Source: a virus (taxonomy: Duplodnaviria > Caudoviricetes). From it: a stretch of DNA of 55,310 nucleotides. A program made the position numbers and the translations under genes. Below the pieces are notes generated by a model. It searched no databases, was not told the DNA's origin, and was given only the letters and a program-made list of their open reading frames with translations. Below, one piece after another: positions 47,405-55,310 of the stretch; within the stretch, counting starts at the first letter, position 1; each line of letters begins with the position of its first letter. The DNA is taken from positions 1 through 55,310 of IMG/VR virus record IMGVR_UViG_3300039109_000093. The stretch is one strand, 5' to 3'.

Positions 47405-48006
47405 TTGGAAATCGTCATAGGTGCCTGGATTCTCGCGATGGTGCCCTGAAGTATCTTCATGTCGAACTTCGCGCCCGTCACCACAATGTTGGGCCGCTTT
47501 GCGATTTGCTCGTCCATCCGAGCGGCATCGAGAACCTTCTGGACAGCCTGTTGGTCTAACCAGTATTCGGCCTCCTCTACGCTGGTGAACCGAGGCTGCG
47601 GCTCAGGGATCGGATTGTGCTCCTCCAGCCAGGCATCGGCTTCCTCCTGGGTCCGGAAGGTGGGCACCACCAGTGGCACGGCCTCGATGTACCGCCAGGG
47701 CACGTTGACCGGGAGGTTGTATGGCGACCCGTCCATCTCCTCCAGGTCCACCGTGCAGAAGCCGTTCTCGACGTAGGAGACCTTGCCGGTGCGACCGGCA
47801 AGGGTCGGGTGCGGATCCGAGATGACAACGCGCATTCTCACCTGCACTGCGGACCTGATGACGTCGAGATGAAGCGACCGGGACTTGTCCGCGTGGAAGG
47901 CATCGGCAGTCTTGATCCGGTCACCGCCGAAGTGTTCCTCGTGGTACAGGGACTTACCGCAGAGGCAGTTGCCACCATGGGATTCCTGGAAATAGTGCGG
48001 GTTCAT
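47398..48006 (-). CDS. hypothetical protein
   Basis: KOW-like GRTGKV; two F.(T/S).EEA..WL repeats. Confidence 0.65.
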   Translation of the reverse strand: MNPHYFQESHGGNCLCGKSLYHEEHFGGDRIKTADAFHADKSRSLHLDVIRSAVQVRMRVVISDPHPTLAGRTGKVSYVENGFCTVDLEEMDGSPYNLPVNVPWRYIEAVPLVVPTFRTQEEADAWLEEHNPIPEPQPRFTSVEEAEYWLDQQAVQKVLDAARMDEQIAKRPNIVVTGAKFDMKILQGTIARIQAPMTISKW

Positions 48007-48554
48007 AACGAGTCTTGACCGGCCCTAACGGACGTTCCGAACGGCACGAGCGGCTGGTCGCCCTTGACGTACAGCGGGTGACGCGGGTGGCCGTCCTTCG
48101 TCGTGCCGAGGCACCGCCAGTTCACATCGGGCACCAGGGCCATGACCTGAGCCACGCGCTCAGGCTTCGCGTTCGCGCCCCACGCTGCGACGACCGGGCG
48201 CTCGACGCAGGAGACCCCAGTGAGCATCCGCAGCAACTTGGTGTCGTTCTGCGGCCCCACGGCATCAACGCAGGTCAGGAGGGCTTTCGGGTCGGTCGCC
48301 CGGTAGGCGTAGAGGTTCACGACGTGGATGCCCGCGTAGCCCTCCCTCCGAGCGAAGCCCATGCACCGCCTGATCGTCGGGTCGTCGATGTCGGCGTCGG
48401 CCGTGGACGGGTTGAGCATCACGAAGGGCAGCAGCGCGCCGCCGGCCCAGCGGCGTGCCAGCGAGTAGCGGTAGGTCTCGCAGTTGCTGATGACCGCGTA
48501 CTTCTCGATCGCCCGCAGAGGACCGCTGTCGGTTAGTTTCTGCTTATCCGACAT
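48003..48554 (-). CDS. DUF1643 family protein
   Basis: YRYSLARRW...MLNPSTAD...DDPTIRRC...VNLYAYRATDP...AWG...PRHPLY. Confidence 0.9.
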   Translation of the reverse strand: MSDKQKLTDSGPLRAIEKYAVISNCETYRYSLARRWAGGALLPFVMLNPSTADADIDDPTIRRCMGFARREGYAGIHVVNLYAYRATDPKALLTCVDAVGPQNDTKLLRMLTGVSCVERPVVAAWGANAKPERVAQVMALVPDVNWRCLGTTKDGHPRHPLYVKGDQPLVPFGTSVRAGQDSL

Positions 48555-48685
48555 CAGGACTCCCGGCCTTAGCGGTCGGTGGGCTCGCCTTCCTGCGACG
48601 GACCTTCCACTTGCTGTCGAACCAGTGGTCGGTCTTGTGTCGATCTACGCCGACGATCCGCTCGATGTCCTCAGCAGGAACGATC

Positions 48686-48979
48686 TCAGCCACGAGGACC
48701 ACCGGCCTTATACGTCGGCACGTCGGCAACCGGAATGCCCTGATTGGTGCCAACGGTCACCAGCCCAGGCTCGTCGCAGCCTTCGATCCGGCATGACTGC
48801 ACCCGCCCCGACGATCCGGGTGCGGCGAGGTCACGAGGCCAGCACATGTGCGGACGGACGAGCACCCCGGCGCACGGCCCCGCGGTCAGGTCGCAGGCGC
48901 ACCGGCCGTCAGGACTCACGCGGTCCTTGCAGGCGTAGCAGTCCGTCTCCGGTGAGAGAGTCCGCCCCGGCATCACCAT
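48686..48979 (-). CDS. small Cys-rich hypothetical protein
   Basis: CYAC...C.C...C motifs; starts with the GRTLS repeat. Confidence 0.45.
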   Translation of the reverse strand: MVMPGRTLSPETDCYACKDRVSPDGRCACDLTAGPCAGVLVRPHMCWPRDLAAPGSSGRVQSCRIEGCDEPGLVTVGTNQGIPVADVPTYKAGGPRG

Positions 48980-49176
48980 TGGCTCGGGTCGTTCAGGTAG
49001 GCGACGTAGGCGGCGGCACATCGCTCGCCGCAGACGGTCTCGCTCGATGAGGCTTCGAGCGGGTAGAGCGTTCCGCAGTTCGCGCAGGTGCGGAACTCGC
49101 CGCCTTCCTCCACGATCTTCTCGGCCAGCGCAGCCTTCATGGCAGCCAGTGAGTACACCCGCCCCTTGCTGGTCAT
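48973..49176 (-). CDS. small Zn-finger protein
   Basis: MTSKGRVY...CANCG...CGERC; ATGA coupling to the MTase. Confidence 0.6.
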   Translation of the reverse strand: MTSKGRVYSLAAMKAALAEKIVEEGGEFRTCANCGTLYPLEASSSETVCGERCAAAYVAYLNDPSQW

Positions 49177-49949
49177 GCGAGACTCCCCAGGCGGCGCGCG
49201 GCCATGTCCGCGTAGGTGGGGTTCACGTCCCCTACGACGTACTGCCGACCGCACTCTGCGGCGGCAGCCGCCACGGTGCCAGAACCAACGAACGGGTCCA
49301 CGACAAGCCCTCCGGGAGGACAGGTCAACTCAATAAGCCACCGGCAGAACTCCTGGCCCTTTATGGTCGGGTGCCGAAGGTCGTTCGCCTTCTGAAACGC
49401 CGAGTTCTCTGATGAATAGGGGAAGTCCGTTCCGAACCAGCACGACGGGAACCGCTGCTTCCACTCCGGTACGGGCTGACGGCCCTTGTTCGGGATCGTC
49501 CCCGCTCGCTTGTTACGGAGCAGCGTCACCGGCTGGAAACGGAACCGCCCCTTCGTGGCGAAGATCAGCCAGTCGGAGTTCGGCTGGAATGTGCAGTCCA
49601 GGTTGGTCGCACCTGCGGGACGCTTCTGGCCGATGACGGGCTCGCGCATGGTGAACCCTGCCGCCTCTACGTCGCGGTAGTGATCGGGATAGACGGACCA
49701 GCCGGTGAACATCAGGACGGCGCTGCCGGGTCGCAGGACGCGGTACGCCTCCCGCGCCAGGAGCGCATAGGAGAAGGGCGCGGCGTCACCGTCGAGCATG
49801 TCGTGGGCGTCGTGCGTGTAGGGGTTCTGGTAGCCGATGCCATAGGGGGGATCGGTCAGGATCAAGTCCACCGACTCGTCGGGCAGATCGGCAAGCAACG
49901 CGGCGTAGTCCGCTGATAGCACCCGCCCCGACGTTGGGTCCGTGATCAT
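49173..49949 (-). CDS. N6/N4 DNA methyltransferase (beta class)
   Basis: LILTDPPYG (motif IV) before HPTIK and VVDPFVGSGT (motif I). Confidence 0.9.
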   Translation of the reverse strand: MITDPTSGRVLSADYAALLADLPDESVDLILTDPPYGIGYQNPYTHDAHDMLDGDAAPFSYALLAREAYRVLRPGSAVLMFTGWSVYPDHYRDVEAAGFTMREPVIGQKRPAGATNLDCTFQPNSDWLIFATKGRFRFQPVTLLRNKRAGTIPNKGRQPVPEWKQRFPSCWFGTDFPYSSENSAFQKANDLRHPTIKGQEFCRWLIELTCPPGGLVVDPFVGSGTVAAAAAECGRQYVVGDVNPTYADMAARRLGSLA

Positions 49950-50410
49950 GCCGGGTGCTCCTTGCAGTCGTTGTCGTGGAACGGGCAGGGACAGGTGTGG
50001 TCGCCGTCTGCGTCGGGCGTCTTGCCGCAGTGGTGACAGGCCAGAAGCGCATAGGCGCGGTAGGCGCGGGCGTCCGCGTGGAGACGCTCGGCCTTCCTCC
50101 GCAAGTCGCCTGCCAAGACCTCGGCGGCGTCTCCCCTTCGATCTTGCGCCTCGGCCCAGGTGAGGCACCAGTCGGCTGTCCACGTCTGCGGGCCAGTCGT
50201 CATCCGCCACAGCATGGGGTGCCGAGCCATCACGACCGCGCCAAGGTGAGGGTGGAACTCGCTGATCTCGGTTCGACAGGTGGGGCAGGTGAACATCTCG
50301 ACGTGCCAACGCCAGCAGCGAGTGCGGTGTCCGCAGAGGTCACAGGGACGCAGCGTAAGCAACCGAACGATGCCCTTGGCGATGACTCGGTAAGGACCGC
50401 TAGCGGTCAC
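49946..50410 (-). CDS. Cys-rich hypothetical protein
   Basis: Three CxxC-type motifs; coupled overlaps. Confidence 0.55.
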   Translation of the reverse strand: MTASGPYRVIAKGIVRLLTLRPCDLCGHRTRCWRWHVEMFTCPTCRTEISEFHPHLGAVVMARHPMLWRMTTGPQTWTADWCLTWAEAQDRRGDAAEVLAGDLRRKAERLHADARAYRAYALLACHHCGKTPDADGDHTCPCPFHDNDCKEHPA

Positions 50411-50895
50411 TCCGTCCCTCCCAATAGCTGGCCCAGCAGATGCAACGTCTCCCCGAGTCCCATCCCCGCGATCTTGTCCTCACCGATCAGCTCGTAGAAG
50501 ACATCGTGGTAGTAGTCCGCGAGCTTCTGGCGCATCCAGTCCGGGTTGTAGCCGGTCAGAATCCACTCCTCCAGCCACTCAGTAGCTCGCAGTCCCGACC
50601 CGTCGTAGTAGCAGATCCCACTACCGATCACGTCACAGTCGAGGTTCTCGTGTTGGTACTCGCCCGTCCGCACGCGACGGTGGTAACCCACGTCCACGCC
50701 CATCGGCCACATGGCGCCCACCCTGGACTCCAGGGCCACGATGCCGGTGTCGTCCACCGGCCGAGGGACGTAGATGAAGCTCACCGCACCGCTGATGCCC
50801 CGCACCGCATGAACTGTCTTCACGAAGTCGGTCGGCTGGTGACCCTCAGTGAAGGGAAACTCCAGCACCTTGTAGACCAGTTCAGCCTCCATCAT
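50407..50895 (-). CDS. hypothetical protein
   Basis: DVGYH...C.V.G...CYYDGSGL motif. Confidence 0.7.
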   Translation of the reverse strand: MMEAELVYKVLEFPFTEGHQPTDFVKTVHAVRGISGAVSFIYVPRPVDDTGIVALESRVGAMWPMGVDVGYHRRVRTGEYQHENLDCDVIGSGICYYDGSGLRATEWLEEWILTGYNPDWMRQKLADYYHDVFYELIGEDKIAGMGLGETLHLLGQLLGGTE

Positions 50896-51503
50896 TCGTC
50901 TTCTCCCATCAGGGCGATCACAAACTGCTGGGCGATCTCGCAGTGGCCGTCAGCGGCCAGCATCGCCTCGCGCAGCGCCTTCATTTCGCTCATCAGCTCG
51001 ACGTACCGCTTGGCCACGCCCGCGACGGACCCGTCCGACCGCAGGTGCTTGGGCTGGGCCAGCAGGGTGCTCATCTGACTCACGAGGTCGGAGATTCCGC
51101 GACAGACGTAGTCCACCCGGTCGTCGCTGTAGCGCGTGACAGTACGGCGGTCGACCGTCTTCTTGGGCCCCTTGCTCAGGTCCACCATCCTGGTCTGCAT
51201 GGTGGTAGTCGCCTCCCAGACATTTGCTTCCAGTACATCCAGAAAGGGAGTCTTCCCTCCCTTCTGGTTCTCTGCCACCAGGGCACTCCAGGTACCGGTG
51301 GACATCACCAGACTCCCTGAGTCGAGCGGACATCCCCCGCCGTCGAGGTTCGCCGATGGCCCAGGGTTAATCGTCACCAGCCCCAACCGGAACGTGTCGT
51401 TGAGTGCCACCAGACAGCCACAGAACGTGCCAGCCTCCACGTTCAGCCGGGCCAACCGCAAGGTGCCACGCCCCTGGTTGGTCGACGTGGACTGGAAGTT
51501 CAT
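50892..51503 (-). CDS. hypothetical protein
   Basis: About 203 aa; start MNFQ directly after the LexA-like stop. Confidence 0.6.
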   Translation of the reverse strand: MNFQSTSTNQGRGTLRLARLNVEAGTFCGCLVALNDTFRLGLVTINPGPSANLDGGGCPLDSGSLVMSTGTWSALVAENQKGGKTPFLDVLEANVWEATTTMQTRMVDLSKGPKKTVDRRTVTRYSDDRVDYVCRGISDLVSQMSTLLAQPKHLRSDGSVAGVAKRYVELMSEMKALREAMLAADGHCEIAQQFVIALMGEDE

Positions 51504-51504
51504 G

Positions 51505-51753
51505 TCAGGACGGGACGCGACGGCCATCAGGCACCCTCAGGGATCGGTACTTGCCGGGCTCGGTGGTGACCAGCCCTTGCTTCGCCAGGGCCACCAGGTG
51601 GTACCGGACCGTGGATCGGCTCAACGGCCCGACGTGATCCGCAATCTCGGTGAGCGAGGGTCCGTAACCGTACTGCCTGATGTAGTCCTTGATGTACGTG
51701 AAGATCTCCCGACGCCTGTCGAGGCCCTGCTGGACGAGCTCCGTGCTGGCCAT
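51505..51753 (-). CDS. stand-alone LexA-type winged-HTH DNA-binding domain (no protease domain)
   Basis: EIFTYIKDYIRQYGYGPSLTEIADHVG..SRSTVRYHL..L.KQGL...PGKYRSL. Confidence 0.85.
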   Translation of the reverse strand: MASTELVQQGLDRRREIFTYIKDYIRQYGYGPSLTEIADHVGPLSRSTVRYHLVALAKQGLVTTEPGKYRSLRVPDGRRVPS

Positions 51754-51814
51754 TTCCTGCTCCTGACTACTTTGTACTATGACACTACGGGTTGGCGGCC
51801 CTCGCCGCAAGTGA

Positions 51815-52237
51815 TTACGTCAGTGGCGCAATCTTTTCCAGGCAGGACGCAACCTGCTCGCGTTCCATCTCGGTGACCCCGGCCAACCGGCACTTGACGC
51901 AGACCGGTAGTTCGCTGGTGTTGGAGCCTCGGGCCGTCCAGGAGGAGCCGCCGCACAGGTAGCGGACCATCATCAGGACCGGCTGGCCACGGTCCCAGGC
52001 AATCCAGCCGAACCTGGGCATGTGAGCGTACTTGGCGCTCTTGGTGGGAATGTAGAACCGGGACTTCAGGGCGGCTGGCGTCACCCGGTACCCGCGCATC
52101 ATGACGCTCACCAGTGGACGCGGCATCCGGCCCCACCGCATGTGCTGCATCTGGGCGTAGTGGACCGCGTTGATGGCCCGGTAGGCCTCGACGGGCGCCG
52201 CACACCGGTTGCCGTAGCTCTGGCCGTGGTAGCTCAC
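51815..52237 (-). CDS. hypothetical protein with a C-terminal Cys motif
   Basis: H...YLCGG...CVKC. Confidence 0.6.
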   Translation of the reverse strand: MSYHGQSYGNRCAAPVEAYRAINAVHYAQMQHMRWGRMPRPLVSVMMRGYRVTPAALKSRFYIPTKSAKYAHMPRFGWIAWDRGQPVLMMVRYLCGGSSWTARGSNTSELPVCVKCRLAGVTEMEREQVASCLEKIAPLT

Positions 52238-52461
52238 CAGCCGCGTCCCATCGCCAGGGCGTCTGTCCGTAGCTGCTCAGCCAGGCCCTGGTAGTCCTGC
52301 TCACCTGGACCCACCTCACCGAACAGGCGCTGGTCGTTGAGCACGCCCTCACACCAGTCACGCAGCAACCCTCCGACCAGCGCGGCCCGGTTGATCGTGG
52401 CGATCTGGCGACCCTGGAGCCAGCGGGTGGGAGTCGCCGTGATCACCTCGTAGGCCGTCAT
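52234..52461 (-). CDS. small hypothetical protein
   Basis: From MTAYEVI; ATGA coupling. Confidence 0.55.
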   Translation of the reverse strand: MTAYEVITATPTRWLQGRQIATINRAALVGGLLRDWCEGVLNDQRLFGEVGPGEQDYQGLAEQLRTDALAMGRGW

Positions 52462-52988
52462 GGCAGCACCTCCACCAGCAGCCGCCTGCGGCCCCAGCGG
52501 GCGCACTGGGCCCCGGAGCTCATGAACAGGTCCAAGCTGGAGCAGCAGCCGATTCTGTCGGTCACGGTGACCACACCCACGCCCGGCACCCTCAGCCTGG
52601 TCCCCAGCGGCCACCTGTTGCCCGCTGCGGCCCCCACGTAGGGCCACTGGCCGTTCGCCATCCGGTTCCCGGTACTGGTGTAGGCCGTCACTGACAGCCA
52701 CATCATGTTGGTTAGTTGGTTACCAACTGCTTCGGTGGAGATCGGCCGGATGGCTGGCTGGGTGGATCGGGACCGGCTGGCCCGGAGGTCTCGGGCATGT
52801 AACAGCAACCTGACAATAACCTGTAAGTGATCTTCGTCGACCTGTGAGCGTGTTTGAGCGCGGATTTGACCCTGCGAACGGGCGTTAGCAACGACAAGTG
52901 ACCTCGGTTTCCCGATCTCTACGGGCTGGCTGGAGGGAGCGATGAGGCAGAGGGCGGCCAGGAAGCTGCTGAACAGCGTGCGCCTCAA
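52458..52988 (-). CDS. exported 3D-domain (RlpA/MltA-like) cell-wall-active protein
   Basis: Signal-like RRTLFSSFLAALCLIA; VTAY...ANG...PLGT.L.VPG.G..TVTDR...LDLFM...WGRR. Confidence 0.75.
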   Translation of the reverse strand: MRRTLFSSFLAALCLIAPSSQPVEIGKPRSLVVANARSQGQIRAQTRSQVDEDHLQVIVRLLLHARDLRASRSRSTQPAIRPISTEAVGNQLTNMMWLSVTAYTSTGNRMANGQWPYVGAAAGNRWPLGTRLRVPGVGVVTVTDRIGCCSSLDLFMSSGAQCARWGRRRLLVEVLP

Positions 52989-53224
52989 ACGAGCTCCCGT
53001 GACTGCGCGCGGAGCTTCACCTGGGCACGGATGAAGCCGTTGACCGTCTCCAGACACCCGATGTTCCAGATGGTGTTCCACTCGGGCACGAAGACGTAGC
53101 AGCGCCACGGACCGTGCCACTTGATCGTGCCGAGCCGGTCGCCGCTGGAGTTGGACATCACGGCCCAGATCTTCGTCTTTCCGGTGTTGCCGACTTCATC
53201 GAAGTGGATGTACTCGATCGCCAT
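52985..53224 (-). CDS. small hypothetical protein
   Basis: GKTKIW.V...LG.IKW.GPWRCY.F.P...CL; AGAGGAG RBS. Confidence 0.72.
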   Translation of the reverse strand: MAIEYIHFDEVGNTGKTKIWAVMSNSSGDRLGTIKWHGPWRCYVFVPEWNTIWNIGCLETVNGFIRAQVKLRAQSRELV

Positions 53225-53501
53225 TACGTTCTCCTCTTGCTAGACGGCGTGTCGTTCTGTACTCTCCTGTGCAGACGGTCCGGCGTAGCGCCTTGTCGTC
53301 AGCTCAGCCCCGCATCCAGCTTCTGGGCCGGACACGCGGGGCTGAGCCTTGTGCGGGTACTTGCGTAGGTGGTCCGGTCCGTGTACGGTCCTCGGCACGG
53401 CCCAGAAGCCATGGCACTCCATGAGTGTGGCGGATACCGCGAGGTCCACCGGCGCTAAGGACTCTGACACGACGGGCGACCGACGGGCAGAACCTGCTCC
53501 T

Positions 53502-53828
53502 TCATCCACCTGAAGCTCTTGAAGAGCCCGGGGGGGTAGGGGGGGCGTTCTCTCCCTCTTCTCTGGATTCAACCTCAGGGCAGGATTCAAGATCGTTCTT
53601 CTTGATTTCGCCGAGGGACGGCCGCTGATCCTCCAGCCATCTTGTGTACCCGGGATCCCCAGCAATCCGTTCCATGTCGGTGACCTCGCTGAACTCCATC
53701 TGCGTGACAGTCACCGGCCCAGAACGGTCTGCCCAGGACTGCTCTTCCTCCGCGCGCGAGGGACCGGGCTTGCGTCCGATGACGCGACGGGTCTGCTGAT
53801 CGGTGGCTGCCGGACGGCGCTTGCTCAT
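53502..53828 (-). CDS. hypothetical protein
   Basis: From MSKRRP; ATGA coupling. Confidence 0.5.
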   Translation of the reverse strand: MSKRRPAATDQQTRRVIGRKPGPSRAEEEQSWADRSGPVTVTQMEFSEVTDMERIAGDPGYTRWLEDQRPSLGEIKKNDLESCPEVESREEGENAPPTPPGSSRASGG

Positions 53829-54064
53829 CGTGGGTGCGCCTGGCCGTCGTCCTTGCCGGGCCAGTCGTGGCCGTTGAGCTCGCCGCACCAGCACTCGGGG
53901 CTCTTGCCACCGAGCACGGGTAGGTAGGGCACGTTCTTGGTCCGCACCACCCCACGACCCTTGTTCCAGGTCCCGGACTGCATCGTCTCGTAGTCGTCCC
54001 GGTTGGCCATGTCGTACTGGTCCAGCGTCGGCTTGCGTCGGCTTGCAGGCCACCTCCTGCTCAT
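53825..54064 (-). CDS. small hypothetical protein
   Basis: From MSRRWP; CWCG...HDWPGK...HPR. Confidence 0.6.
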   Translation of the reverse strand: MSRRWPASRRKPTLDQYDMANRDDYETMQSGTWNKGRGVVRTKNVPYLPVLGGKSPECWCGELNGHDWPGKDDGQAHPR

Positions 54065-54185
54065 GATGGAGTCCTGGCGGGTGCGGTCATCCAGTTGCGT
54101 CGGGCGCGGAGCGGGTGCATGAGCACCCAGAGCAGGTCTCGCGTGCGGGTCCATCGCCGCTGTCCGCACAGTGGGCAGAGGTCTC

Positions 54186-54410
54186 TCACGATGGTCTCCC
54201 TGCGCGAGGGATGCCGTGGCATTCGATGTCGCCCGTTTCGCCATGGACCCAGATGTCACTGTCGCGTGTCTCCAGCACGGCAACGCACAGGGGGCATGGC
54301 CGGTAGGGGAAGTTGTCGGGCTCCGCTCCGAGGCCCGCGCTGGGAGGCAGCCAGCCTGCCGGTATCCCTTGGGACTCGACGATGTAGGTCGGAGTCCGCC
54401 CCTCGGTCAT
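54186..54410 (-). CDS. small Zn-binding protein
   Basis: MTEGRTP...CPLC...WVH...C. Confidence 0.55.
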   Translation of the reverse strand: MTEGRTPTYIVESQGIPAGWLPPSAGLGAEPDNFPYRPCPLCVAVLETRDSDIWVHGETGDIECHGIPRAGRPS

Positions 54411-54748
54411 GCGGACCACGCGGGGTCTACGCCGCCGTCACCGAGGAGGACGCGGGCCTCCTGTAGCGCGGCGAGCAGGGCGTTCTGCGCCTCGTTCTTG
54501 GCCTGCTCGTAGCCCTCGTTCCACGGGCTGTTGGTCGCGCCTCCGCCGTACCCGAGGGGGCGGACGGCGCGGTCCACGATCTGCCACGCCTCGTTGAGCG
54601 CCTTCGCGTATGCCCAGCGAGCCGCCTCGGTGTCGCACAGGGGGTGATGTCCGTTCCCCGGCGCGTATCCGCAGATGTGAGGCTCCGTCATGCCGCCCTC
54701 CTCGGTAGTTGATGTTGAGAGAGTCCGCCCCGTGATCGGCTCAGACAT
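54407..54748 (-). CDS. hypothetical protein
   Basis: 113 aa; AGGAGA RBS. Confidence 0.55.
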   Translation of the reverse strand: MSEPITGRTLSTSTTEEGGMTEPHICGYAPGNGHHPLCDTEAARWAYAKALNEAWQIVDRAVRPLGYGGGATNSPWNEGYEQAKNEAQNALLAALQEARVLLGDGGVDPAWSA

Positions 54749-55082
54749 CGGGCTTCTCCTTGCACTTGGCAGGCGTTGACCCGATGTAGCAGCCCTTGCA
54801 CTTGCATCCGTCTACGCGGCACCGACGCGGCCCTGTCCCGCCGTACAGGCTTCCGGCGTGCTGCTCGCTCTCGTGGCCGCAGGACCGGCACGGAATGGCG
54901 CAGGAGCAGTCTTGGGGGTGCGGGATCTTGTACCCGTGCAGTCCAACCGGACTTGACGCGCAGTGCTTGTTCGTCTTGCGCCCGAACACGCCCCGGTCAT
55001 CCCGGCGAACCTCCTCGTCGCACCAGGGGCAGCGGCTCTCGATCACCTTCCGGCCAGGTGATGGAGTCCGCCCCTCGGTCAT
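54741..55082 (-). CDS. Cys/His-rich hypothetical protein
   Basis: MTEGRTP...CPWC...CRSCGH...C...C.C; AAGGAG RBS. Confidence 0.6.
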   Translation of the reverse strand: MTEGRTPSPGRKVIESRCPWCDEEVRRDDRGVFGRKTNKHCASSPVGLHGYKIPHPQDCSCAIPCRSCGHESEQHAGSLYGGTGPRRCRVDGCKCKGCYIGSTPAKCKEKPDV

Positions 55083-55310
55083 GGGGTCTCCTTACGCGCT
55101 GACAGGCAATCGAGGCAGGTAACGCCGTCATCCCAGCCCTGGACGGAGGGCAGGAAATCACTGGTCACGGTGCACTCGGCGCGACGGCCAGCCCAGGTGT
55201 AGGCGTTGACCTTGTGGATGATCTCGGGTGAGAGAGTCCGCCCCGTGATCGCCTCAACTGCCGCAGGCAGGGTGACCTCGGCCCACTCCGTCGCGTCGTC
55301 GGCGTGCTGG

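Larger units (their letters stand above)
48951..55251 (-). repeat. dispersed early-gene repeat, core GGGGCGGACTC (5 copies)
   Basis: Copies at 48951-48969, 54391-54411, 54716-54738, 55063-55083 and 55227-55251. Confidence 0.8.

Noticed and set aside
913-52896. Palindrome copies as a CRISPR or other repeat-spacer array
   Set aside because: Copies are kilobases apart, degenerate and mostly intragenic; there are no regular spacers or cas operon
53240-53430. Possible small gene MECHGFW...
   Set aside because: Weak start context and no motif, so it cannot be supported

Overview
Most of a high-GC tailed-phage genome, very probably a siphovirus of Actinobacteria, with almost all genes on the minus strand. 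In transcription order (high to low coordinates) it carries: small early/accessory genes (3D-domain protein, stand-alone LexA-type HTH, DNA methyltransferase, DUF1643, RusA-like resolvase); a CUA-anticodon (amber-reading) tRNA next to a half-tRNA; TerS; an HTH protein; TerL with a class-3 LAGLIDADG intein; portal; protease; scaffold; decoration protein; major capsid; an EndoVII nuclease; a mosaic block of virion-accessory genes with one inverted beta-roll fibre cassette; head-tail joining genes; major tail; a frameshifting chaperone; tape measure; baseplate/fibre genes; a CHAP endolysin and holin; an intergenic region with DnaA boxes and a structured RNA candidate; and an exonuclease/Sak4/SSB/primase-helicase replication module. 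No integrase, DNA polymerase, CRISPR array or reverse transcriptase is visible. The most unusual signals are: about 20 copies of an 18-bp (up to 30-bp) palindrome TGCYAACGnnCGTTRGCA spread across the window, mostly inside coding sequence; short A/T-recoded patches over conserved motifs of core genes; an amber tRNA with a 6-bp anticodon stem; a Met1 class-3 intein; and a second repeat (GGGGCGGACTC) at early-gene starts. All calls come from reading the sequence; no database searches were run.
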